Assembly: GCA_051439605.1 (NCBI GenBank)
Contig: JBFRWN010000032.1
Location: forward strand, 64,001-128,000
Reading direction: 5' to 3'
DNA: 64,000 nt
Origin: Synechococcus sp.
GTDB taxonomy: Bacteria > Cyanobacteriota > Cyanobacteriia > Thermostichales > PCC-7336
Under the pieces are notes generated by a model. That model saw only the letters and a program-made list of their open reading frames with translations. It did not search any database and was not told the DNA's origin. Positions 1-7,776 of this stretch are shown piece after piece (within the stretch, counting starts at the first letter, position 1; every line of letters begins with the position of its first letter). A program made the position numbers and the translations under genes.

Positions 1-261
1 AACCTTGCGGGCTCCTCGCCAGGGAAAGCGGCTCATCGCAGAAACCGACAGGTTTACAGCCAGCAAGAACATCAGAAGCCCGAACCAAGCGCTCTTATAG
101 ATATCCCGCTGCACAATCTCTGAACCCACCCGCGACTCGTAGAAGGTGGTCCCCATCAATACAGCCGCGATCGCCATCAACAGCGGGACAGCGAGCTGTA
201 TGGATCCCAAAAACTTAATCAAAGGATTTTTGACGCTGGAAGGGCTGTGTTTCGCCGGCAT
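1..261 (-). CDS. ResB/Ccs1(CcsB)-like cytochrome c biogenesis protein, N-terminal part (runs off the window's left edge)
   Basis: Hand translation from ATG at 261: MPAKHSPSSVKNPLIKFLGSIQLAVPLLMAIAAVLMGTTFYESRVGSEIVQRDIYKSAWFGLLMFLLAVNLSVSAMSRFPWRGARKV. It is open to base 1. The 'FLGS..LAV.LL', 'GT..ES', 'IY.S.WF..L..LL.VNL' and 'R.PW' pattern matches ResB N-termini. Not in the supplied ORF track. Confidence 0.75.
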   Translation of the reverse strand, partial: MPAKHSPSSVKNPLIKFLGSIQLAVPLLMAIAAVLMGTTFYESRVGSEIVQRDIYKSAWFGLLMFLLAVNLSVSAMSRFPWRGARKV

Positions 262-445
262 AAGCTTGCCAATCAACTGCGATCGTATACCCACACAAAC
301 AAATCAAAAGCAAAGGAGTTTGTGCCTTTGAGTACAAATCAAAGGAATTACTATGCTTGGATGAATAATTATTATGCAATTTCTGCAATAGAATCAAGCC
401 GGTCGTTTGATTTCTGTTGCCGAATTCGGAACAACTGGCGATTTT

Positions 446-461
446 TGTATTTATGGTTACA
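446..461. promoter_or_regulatory. NtcA-type binding site (TGTA-N8-TACA)
   Basis: TGTA TTTATGGT TACA, flanked by a T-run and an A-rich run, in the AT-rich divergent intergenic region 262-974. No canonical TAN3T -10 seen ~22 nt away. Confidence 0.55.
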
Positions 462-974
462 GAAAAATAAACTGTTGTGTTTATTGCGTGGCTTGAGAGA
501 TTGCCATACAGTCAGATTTCCCACAACCAACTAACCAGCAATCAGAAAATTGGGCAAAAATACGTAAATGCAAAGAACGTATTTAAGAAATGTAAAATCT
601 ACAAAACCTTCGCGATAAACCTAAAAATGGTATTGCTGGCTACGATTCCTGGTCTCTGAAGCGCCTAAATTTCAGACTTAACGCACCAACGTGCAATTCA
701 AGCTCCCACTTTGTTTAATGCGGTTTATCAGTAGAAATACTGGAAAATCTTACACTGTTCGATTAATTCCTGCTCTAAAGCAAAGCCTACTCGATGCCAA
801 CGTTGGCAGAAAATCTGGCGATTTCTATGTTGGATGGCGGGTTTCTAGTGGATATCTAACAGGACTTAGAGGAAGTGTTTTAGCCGGTGTGACAATCACT
901 TGCCGAGTTTCCTTTACTGCGTAAAGAGCTCTAATTGTTTGTCCGCAGTCTCACAGTAACGAGGAAACAAAGAC

Positions 975-1505
975 ATGTCTTTGAAGGTTGAGCTCTTAGA
1001 AAGCAGCTTTGAGAAAGTGAAGCCCAACGCTGCAGCTTTTGCAGACTCTTTCTACAGCAATTTATTCACAACTGCTCCCGAAGCAAAGCCCCTGTTTGCG
1101 AATACAAACCTGGAAGAACAGAAGAAGAAATTGCTGGCCTCTTTGGTTTTAGTGGTGGAGAACCTTCGCAACGGCGATGTCCTCGGTTCTACTCTTCGAG
1201 GGCTAGGGGCTCGTCACGTCAAGTACGGAGCATTACCTGCCCATTACCCTATTGTCGGCGGAGCGCTGCTGGAAACCTTCGAGCAGTACCTGGGAGACGA
1301 TTGGACTCCCGATGTCAAGCAGGCCTGGGTGGATGCCTACGGGGCTATTACAGAACTCATGCTGGATGGTGCTGACTACTCTTCTGAAGAGGTTGCTCTG
1401 CCACCCGAGCCTTCCGTATCCGTTAGCGATGGCGATCGCAGTGGAATGCTTCCCATTGCTGGGGCTGTCATTGGGTTTTTGATCCTGGGTCTTTTCCTTC
1501 TCTAG
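975..1505 (+). CDS. Single-domain globin (flavohemoglobin/Vitreoscilla-type globin domain) with C-terminal hydrophobic membrane anchor
   Basis: FY(B10)..LF...PE.KPLF, Q(E7)KKKL, LGARH(F8)VKYG, HYPIVG.ALL, AW..AY. RBS GAGGA upstream. Tail GMLPIAGAVIGFLILGLFLL. Confidence 0.9.
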   Translation: MSLKVELLESSFEKVKPNAAAFADSFYSNLFTTAPEAKPLFANTNLEEQKKKLLASLVLVVENLRNGDVLGSTLRGLGARHVKYGALPAHYPIVGGALLETFEQYLGDDWTPDVKQAWVDAYGAITELMLDGADYSSEEVALPPEPSVSVSDGDRSGMLPIAGAVIGFLILGLFLL

Positions 1506-1643
1506 GTCTAAGGCAATAGAGTGTGCGTTCTTCCACTGGCATCCAGTCCACGTCTGTCTGGACATAGACGCTAACGGCAGACCGAACTCATTCGATGAGC
1601 TGAGGGCTTCTAGCTCCGTTGTGTTTGTGGTTATCCAGTTTGC

Positions 1644-2264
1644 ATGTTGAAGTTGAGAACGGCGGCGATCGGAATAGCGTTGATAGCGCTTACTGCTTGG
1701 GCCGTTATTTTTGCCCTCGGGCTCGACCAACGCATTGCCTTCTTGCCCGGCACCACCTCTTCAGGACACCACTTGTTTGAGGCCTCCTGCCAATCCTGCC
1801 ACCAAGGATTTCAGAAAGTCTCAAATGACACCTGCAACCGCTGCCACGAAGCGGAGCTAGCAGAAGATATTCACGGCCGGAAAAAATTCCGCGATCCCCG
1901 TTGGGCGGTCTACATAGAAGAGATTGATGTGTTGACCTGTACCACCTGCCATGAAGAACATATGCCCATGTCTGGCAGGGGCGTCAATCTGCCGCCAGAC
2001 CTATGCATGAGCTGCCACGACCACATTATTGAGGCGGGCAACTCCGACAGCTTAGATAGTCATCTTGGCTTTACCCCCGATGGATGCTGGACTGCAGGCT
2101 GCCATAACTTCCACGATCACCGCTCGATCTCAACAGGGTTCTTGAGGACAAACCTGGACCAGCCCAACTGGTTGCCAGAACCCGATCGCCTAGAGCGCGA
2201 CATTCAGCCACAGGTGGCAGTGGCTCCTGCCCCCGATCTCAATCGCGAGTTATGGGGGAACTGA
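1644..2264 (+). CDS. Exported/membrane-anchored multiheme c-type cytochrome (4 CXXCH + 1 CX4CH)
   Basis: N-terminal hydrophobic helix. Motifs CQSCH, CNRCH, CTTCH, CMSCH and CWTAGCH. Confidence 0.88.
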   Translation: MLKLRTAAIGIALIALTAWAVIFALGLDQRIAFLPGTTSSGHHLFEASCQSCHQGFQKVSNDTCNRCHEAELAEDIHGRKKFRDPRWAVYIEEIDVLTCTTCHEEHMPMSGRGVNLPPDLCMSCHDHIIEAGNSDSLDSHLGFTPDGCWTAGCHNFHDHRSISTGFLRTNLDQPNWLPEPDRLERDIQPQVAVAPAPDLNRELWGN

Positions 2265-3130
2265 TCGTGCATTACCTTTCTCGGCTGCGAACTAGATGCT
2301 TGAGTGGTAACTTACCCCTTCACTCCTCATTAGCCACAGTTCTTGTCGTGGGGCTCTGCTGCTGGCTGAGCTTGAGTTCTCCTTCATCAGCCCTAACTTT
2401 TGAAGAGGCGACAGAACTCTGGACCGGCAGCACCCATTCTCTTCAGAACGTGAATTGCTCCAGCTGCCATCAGGTAGAGGATAGCGGTGCATTCGTCACA
2501 GCACCCAATCGCGAGAGTTGTCAGCAATGCCACGAATTTTCAACACAAACGTTTCTATTGGGCAAACACGGTATCCGGATGTTGGAGGGGCAATCTGCAC
2601 TCACTCCAGAGATGGCATTACTTCCCATGAAACCGGCATCCCACGGACTAGAGATGAACTGCAACGTTTGTCATGACGTGCACGCTCAGAACGTGCGGAC
2701 TGCTGCAGTGGATGCCTGCCTCACCTGCCACAGCGACCGACATTCTCTCAACTACGTCAATTCCAAGCATGCAGGCTTGCTTGTAGGGAATGAAGATTTG
2801 CCCAGGCCGGGGGGGGCTGAAGTGACTTGTGCAACTTGTCACCTACCGCGCCAAGCAGTCAACGGAGCTGTAATGGTGAATCACAACAACACCTATACCC
2901 TGAAACCGCGCGATCGCATGGTGGCGGATGTTTGCATGAATTGCCACGGCATGGAATTTGCCTACAACGCCATTTTTGACGATGAGCTGGTCACGGGTAA
3001 TTTCGACCGTTTCCCTGACATGAAGCACCAGTCGCTGCAAATGTCGCGGGCGGAGCGAGACCGAAGACAATCTCGCCACCCCCCACAGATTTCCAACCCT
3101 AACAAGTTGGTCGCTTCTCCACCGAATTAG
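2252..3130 (+). CDS. Exported hexaheme c-type cytochrome
   Basis: Motifs CSSCH, CQQCH, CNVCH, CLTCH, CATCH, CMNCH. Signal-peptide-like stretch ending SSPSSA. Overlaps the previous gene by 13 nt; exact start uncertain. Confidence 0.88.
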   Translation: MGELIVHYLSRLRTRCLSGNLPLHSSLATVLVVGLCCWLSLSSPSSALTFEEATELWTGSTHSLQNVNCSSCHQVEDSGAFVTAPNRESCQQCHEFSTQTFLLGKHGIRMLEGQSALTPEMALLPMKPASHGLEMNCNVCHDVHAQNVRTAAVDACLTCHSDRHSLNYVNSKHAGLLVGNEDLPRPGGAEVTCATCHLPRQAVNGAVMVNHNNTYTLKPRDRMVADVCMNCHGMEFAYNAIFDDELVTGNFDRFPDMKHQSLQMSRAERDRRQSRHPPQISNPNKLVASPPN

Positions 3131-3155
3131 TACTCTCTCTCAAGGAAAAACAACC

Positions 3156-3833
3156 ATGGATGTCTTGACTTCTATCAGAGCCTGGATCGGGCGTTTTAAG
3201 CCCCGCACTCTGGCGATTTCTACCTTCTTAGTAGCAGCGGTTTTCACCGTTGTGGCATGTGGTGGTTCTACCCCGACAGCATCTGCCCCCACTGGCATTC
3301 CCCCCGAGCAAGTGGTTGACTACATTGCCGTTACAGCAAAAGGTGCCCGTACCGCCTACGTGAAACACGTCGTCAACCGCGTAACCGAGTTGGAAGGGGA
3401 GCCTGTGGCGCGCGAAGGTGCAGTCGTTGACGCCAACTCCACCGAATTCTGGCAAGACGAAGATGGTATTCCTTTACCGGCTCAAATGTTCCGCTTGGCT
3501 TCTGAAATTACCTCTGATAGCGATCTGGCCAGTGGCATGACCATCGGTCTAATTTCTAGCTGGAACATCAACGACGCCCACTCCCCCAAAACCGAGTTTG
3601 AGAAAACTGCCATTAAGGAGATGGAGGAAACTGGCGAGCCTGTGAAGATCGAACAGGAGATTGCCGGTCAGCGCTTCATGACTGCGATGTATCCGGATAA
3701 GGCTGTAGCCGAAGCTTGCGTCACTTGCCACAACACCCACCCCGTTCACCTCGAGCGCTACCCCGACAAGGTATTTGCTCTTGATGATGTCATGGGTGGC
3801 GTCGTTATCAATCTGCCCTTAGGGGACGCATAA
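3156..3833 (+). CDS. DUF3365/Tll0287-like monoheme c lipoprotein
   Basis: Lipobox-like VVAC. 'PLPAQMFR', 'IN....PKTEFEK.A', 'YPDKAV.EACVTCHN', 'DVMGGVVI.LP'. RBS AAGGA. Confidence 0.8.
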   Translation: MDVLTSIRAWIGRFKPRTLAISTFLVAAVFTVVACGGSTPTASAPTGIPPEQVVDYIAVTAKGARTAYVKHVVNRVTELEGEPVAREGAVVDANSTEFWQDEDGIPLPAQMFRLASEITSDSDLASGMTIGLISSWNINDAHSPKTEFEKTAIKEMEETGEPVKIEQEIAGQRFMTAMYPDKAVAEACVTCHNTHPVHLERYPDKVFALDDVMGGVVINLPLGDA

Positions 3834-4043
3834 GCCGATTTGTAGAGCAGGTTGCTCGTTCGGCGGGTGGCCTGTTCATTTGGAATTCCCCCTTGGCGAG
3901 TTTTCTGAACCCTAGACTGTGCAGAAGTTTTATAAGTTGTCGCTTGCGCTATGGGTGGCAATTTTAATCGATCTTGTTTCAGGGGAAGTATCGAATATTC
4001 CTACTTTGCAGAGTCGAGACATCTAACAGTCCAAGGCTGCTCT

Positions 4044-4631
4044 ATGAAACCCACATTCCCCACCCTTTCCGTACTGGCTGCAATCTCGGTTTTATTGGTC
4101 GTACCCTTTATCATCAGTGACTGGTACGTTCCTGCCATCCGCGACACTGTCTTTTACACCCATCAAATTTTGCGTCGCGGACTGTACAAAGAAATAACCG
4201 GTTTCGTTTGTCTGGGATTTTTTGCCATTGAAATGGTCCTTACCCTGCGCAAGCGCGGGGGACGCTGGAAAATTAAGTTGCCAGGTTCAATTTTCTTCTG
4301 GCGTAGCTTGCATATCTTTTTGGGAGTGGGTTTTATTGCTGCTACCCTCATCCACAGCGTCGGGGTACACGGCAGCTTGTTCAATCATGTTTTTCTGGCT
4401 GTCTTCATCGTGCTTTCTTTGATTGCCATGATGGGCGTTGCGCTAGAAACTCGTCTCGTGGGGTTGACCGCTCGCAAAGTGTCTTTACTGCCCGTCGGAC
4501 TTCCTGCGATCCCTAAAGGTCAATTAATTCGGCAGCTTAGATCCGTATGGTTAGGGGTGCACATTGTCTTGGTCAGCCTGTTTACTGTGTTATTGGGCTT
4601 TCATGTCCTTTTGGCTTTCTACTACGAGTGA
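4044..4631 (+). CDS. Integral membrane protein, ferric-reductase/cytochrome b-like (putative diheme b)
   Basis: About 5 hydrophobic helices. Two carry H-X13-H pairs (LHIFLGVGFIAATLIH and VHIVLVSLFTVLLGFH). ATG 4044 preferred over the ORF start at 3951. Confidence 0.65.
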   Translation: MKPTFPTLSVLAAISVLLVVPFIISDWYVPAIRDTVFYTHQILRRGLYKEITGFVCLGFFAIEMVLTLRKRGGRWKIKLPGSIFFWRSLHIFLGVGFIAATLIHSVGVHGSLFNHVFLAVFIVLSLIAMMGVALETRLVGLTARKVSLLPVGLPAIPKGQLIRQLRSVWLGVHIVLVSLFTVLLGFHVLLAFYYE

Positions 4632-4700
4632 AATTCTGCTTACGAGGACACTTTTCAGATAACACTCTAGTCGAGTTCTCTGTTTGTCAATCCATCAACT

Positions 4701-5186
4701 ATGTTTACTCAGCTCTCTTCCCTAAGAAGCCTATCTGTCTGTTTAATTATCGTTGTAAGTCTTCTGCTGATGCTTCAGCGCCCTTCTCGTGCTAACTCGC
4801 TGCTGTCTGGGTATGCAGCCCTGAAGCAAGCCGTAAACGATTCCGTCCTCTTATCTGCAGCAGTCGCGGACAATAAGCCTGCGCTAATAGAGTTCTATGC
4901 CGATTGGTGTAGCGTCTGTCGATCCATGGCCCCCACAGTAGGACGATTGCGCGCACATTATGGAGAGCAGATTAACTTTGTCATGCTAGACATTGACGAT
5001 CCGAGATGGAGCAAGCAGGTGCAAGACTTTGGGGTTATCGGAGTTCCCCATTTTGCATTTATCTCCGACCTGGAATCCCCGTTTGGATCTCGCCAATTGC
5101 AGCAGACCCTAGTGGGCAGGCAACCCGCCTACGTGATGGCCGCCGCCCTCGAAGGCTTGTCAATCGCAGACCCCACGGCAAACTGA
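4701..5186 (+). CDS. Membrane-anchored/exported thioredoxin-like protein (TxlA/HCF164/ResA-like)
   Basis: IEFYADWCSVC..MAP active site, GVPHF cis-Pro motif, N-terminal hydrophobic segment. Confidence 0.8.
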   Translation: MFTQLSSLRSLSVCLIIVVSLLLMLQRPSRANSLLSGYAALKQAVNDSVLLSAAVADNKPALIEFYADWCSVCRSMAPTVGRLRAHYGEQINFVMLDIDDPRWSKQVQDFGVIGVPHFAFISDLESPFGSRQLQQTLVGRQPAYVMAAALEGLSIADPTAN

Positions 5187-5220
5187 ACCCACAGACTCTA
5201 TCGAATTTCAGTCTATAAGT

Positions 5221-6147
5221 TTACGCTGGAACGTTAAGGGCTCCCCGCTTGCGCAGATCGGCCTTGAGTTCATCTGTCAGGCCCAAAACGTCCGTCATGC
5301 TGGTACCGCTGACATTCGCCCCCTCAAACAACGCCCCTCGCAAGTTGGCACGCTCTAGGTTGGCATCAATCAGATTAGCTTGCGTAAATACTGCCCCTGA
5401 GAGATTTGCCCCCTCCCAGCTGGTACCAAACAACGATGCGTTTGTGAAGTCTGCCTGGCTGGCATAAGCGCCATCGGCGATCGCCGTATCCAGCTGGGCC
5501 TCGAGAAAGATACTGTCAGCCAAGTAAGCTTCACCCAAGTTAGTGCCGATTAAATCTGCAGAAGTCAGATCGGCCTTGGCCAGTCGCACCCGCGTCAATT
5601 TACTTTTATCCAGTTGGGTCCCCACGAGCTTGGCGCGAGTCAAATTGGCCCCATCCAAGTCCACCTGGACGAGCTTGGCACTGGAGAAATCAGCTTCTGT
5701 CCAGTCTGACGCTTTCATGTTTGCTTTCACTAAATGGGTGGCTTGAAAAACGGCTTTTCTGCCGCTGCAGTCCTCCAGATTCGCTCGATCCATCTGGGCA
5801 AGCGAGGCATCTGCACCATCAAAAATTGCCCCCAGGAACCGTGCGTTCGTCGCTGTTGCTTGTCTCAGGTTCGCCCGTTCCAGTCTTGCAGCAGTCAACT
5901 GGGCATGGCTTAGATCGGCCCCTTCTAATACAGTCTCAACCATCCAAGCCCGAATCAACAGCGTGTTGTTAAAGTTCGTCCGTTTGCATGAGGCTTGAGA
6001 GAGATTAGCCACTCGCATGTAAGCCCGCGAGAAGTCCCCCCCATCCAGACACCGGCCTTGCAACTCAATGTGGGCCAGCTCCTCTTTTGTTAAGGGCAGT
6101 CCCTTTTGAAGGCGATCGAGCACCTCTTCAGGGGCTAGTACGCTCAT
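5221..6147 (-). CDS. Pentapeptide repeat protein
   Basis: Almost entirely A(D/N)LXX-type repeats over ~270 aa. Confidence 0.9.
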   Translation of the reverse strand: MSVLAPEEVLDRLQKGLPLTKEELAHIELQGRCLDGGDFSRAYMRVANLSQASCKRTNFNNTLLIRAWMVETVLEGADLSHAQLTAARLERANLRQATATNARFLGAIFDGADASLAQMDRANLEDCSGRKAVFQATHLVKANMKASDWTEADFSSAKLVQVDLDGANLTRAKLVGTQLDKSKLTRVRLAKADLTSADLIGTNLGEAYLADSIFLEAQLDTAIADGAYASQADFTNASLFGTSWEGANLSGAVFTQANLIDANLERANLRGALFEGANVSGTSMTDVLGLTDELKADLRKRGALNVPA

Positions 6148-6329
6148 GGGCTAGATTTTCCTCACCAACCAATGTATTCAGCCCACTGTAAGCATAATCG
6201 GGGTCACGGTCGCCACTCGTATGTCAAAGGACGATAACTGCGATGCAACTTCGGCCAGGAATCCAAGCGAGTCGATTTTAAAGGGCAGGTTAGGGCAACC
6301 ATATAGTGGCAAAATCGATGAAGGCGAGG

Positions 6330-6779
6330 TTAGGACGGCTTAACATTAACAGTAATTTTTGAAGAAATCACCGGATGGTCATGGGGAACGTGCAAGTAGT
6401 TGCCCAGAACCAATTGGAGTGTGTGTTTTCCCGGGGGGAGGGTGATTTCTGCCTCGGTTTGCCCGCCTCCAAAATGGCGTACGCGATCGCTTTTGGGCAA
6501 AGAGGATTTCAGATCGGGTAATTCTGCTACATCAACCAATAAATGATGGTGACCGGTATTGGCTTTATCCACCCCTGCAGGTGCAACACCCATGCCCGAT
6601 AAGCCAAAGCTGACGGTAAAGGTGGGGGGGACGGTGTCACCATCTTTCGGAAAAATAATGTACTCCCGCGCTGTTTCAGGAGCATGGGATACAAATTCGT
6701 CAGCCAGTGCTTGGGTCGGAGATACCAGCCAGCAGCAGACGACAAAGATTACTCCCATTAGGACAGCAATACGGTTCAT
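6330..6779 (-). CDS. DUF4399-like exported protein
   Basis: Signal peptide; 'FGLSGMGVAPAG...NTGHHHLLVD', 'HFGGGQTE', 'LPPGKHTLQL'. Confidence 0.85.
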   Translation of the reverse strand: MNRIAVLMGVIFVVCCWLVSPTQALADEFVSHAPETAREYIIFPKDGDTVPPTFTVSFGLSGMGVAPAGVDKANTGHHHLLVDVAELPDLKSSLPKSDRVRHFGGGQTEAEITLPPGKHTLQLVLGNYLHVPHDHPVISSKITVNVKPS

Positions 6780-7239
6780 CAGTCGATCTCTTGAGCACTA
6801 TTTCAGTAGACCATCAAGTGCCGAATTTCTCCAATCAGGGCTCTCGAATCAATTGCTGTTCGAGAGTCAATCAGCACTCTCGGATGAAGCAGCTGCCCAG
6901 GGACTTCATGTCCCAGCATAAATAGATGCTCAAAAATCTACTCTCATAGTTTCTTTTGACGCCCATTTTTGGTAAAACCTATGTCTGATTTCAGACCGTA
7001 CTGAATTCTGCCTAGAAATGATGCATGCTGTGCGCGCTGGGGCATTCTAGCGCTAAGCTTCGTCCGCTCCGGTAAATAAACCCTTCTCAACAAATTGTAT
7101 TGGGGAAAACGGTTTAGTATGTTGGTTCGATGCTTGAATCAGGCAATAGCTGGTGCAGTCTCAACTGCAATGGTAGCTGTTCCCATTTCGTATCTGCCTT
7201 CAACGGCAATCTCAATTAGCGCGCATTGTGGATAGCCCC

Positions 7240-7452
7240 ATGTCAGATCCTAAACTCCAAGACAGCTTGTATGACCTACTGGAAGACTTCGGTTTAGAAG
7301 ATGTATTGTTTGCACTGTATCGATATGCCGATACCCAATCGCGATTAGCTGCGACGTTGCAACAAGCCCATGCAAGTGAAGACTGGGATCATAAAGCATG
7401 TGCGATCGATGTTGCTTGCGAAGCGATCGACACCGCCCATCGAGGAGTTTGA
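7240..7452 (+). CDS. Small acidic hypothetical protein
   Basis: ORF MSDPKLQDSLYDLLEDFGLEDVLFALYRYA... with helical, protein-like composition in an otherwise empty spacer. Alternative GTG start at 7228. Confidence 0.55.
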   Translation: MSDPKLQDSLYDLLEDFGLEDVLFALYRYADTQSRLAATLQQAHASEDWDHKACAIDVACEAIDTAHRGV

Positions 7453-7776
7453 ATCTTTCGTGAAATGGGTGAATACCCATTATCTGCTGTGGCTTTGACC
7501 TGCTAAGTTCGGGTGGTGGGGTGATACCACCATTTCCTCTCTTCACATAAAGTATTTACAATGACGGACAGAAACTACAGCTTTCTCTCCACAACGAGCT
7601 GATGAAGTCTATCCGTATTGCTTTACAATCAGCAATGTTGCTGTGGGCGTCTAGAAGGATTCTTGTGGAGGTCGGTGGCTGGTCTATCCTGCCTTTCCCG
7701 AAGACTTTCTGAAACCCCAATCGCACCTGATGGTGGTCGCCAATAGGTATGTAGCACTGACTCGTAGAGAACAAAG

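Noticed and set aside
146..924. Short ORFs listed in the 146-924 region
   Set aside because: They are antisense to the ResB-like frame or lie in AT-rich promoter DNA, with no protein-like motifs.
1644..3130. Calling the multiheme proteins NrfA/NrfH or hydroxylamine oxidoreductase
   Set aside because: There is no CXXCK motif, and sizes and heme counts (5 and 6) do not match NrfA (~480 aa, 5 hemes) or HAO (8 hemes). Function left open.
5221..6147. Periodic DNA pattern suggesting a repeat array or CRISPR (also 32638-33288 and 59411-60304)
   Set aside because: Explained by pentapeptide-repeat coding. No identical repeats with unique spacers and no cas genes were seen in the window.
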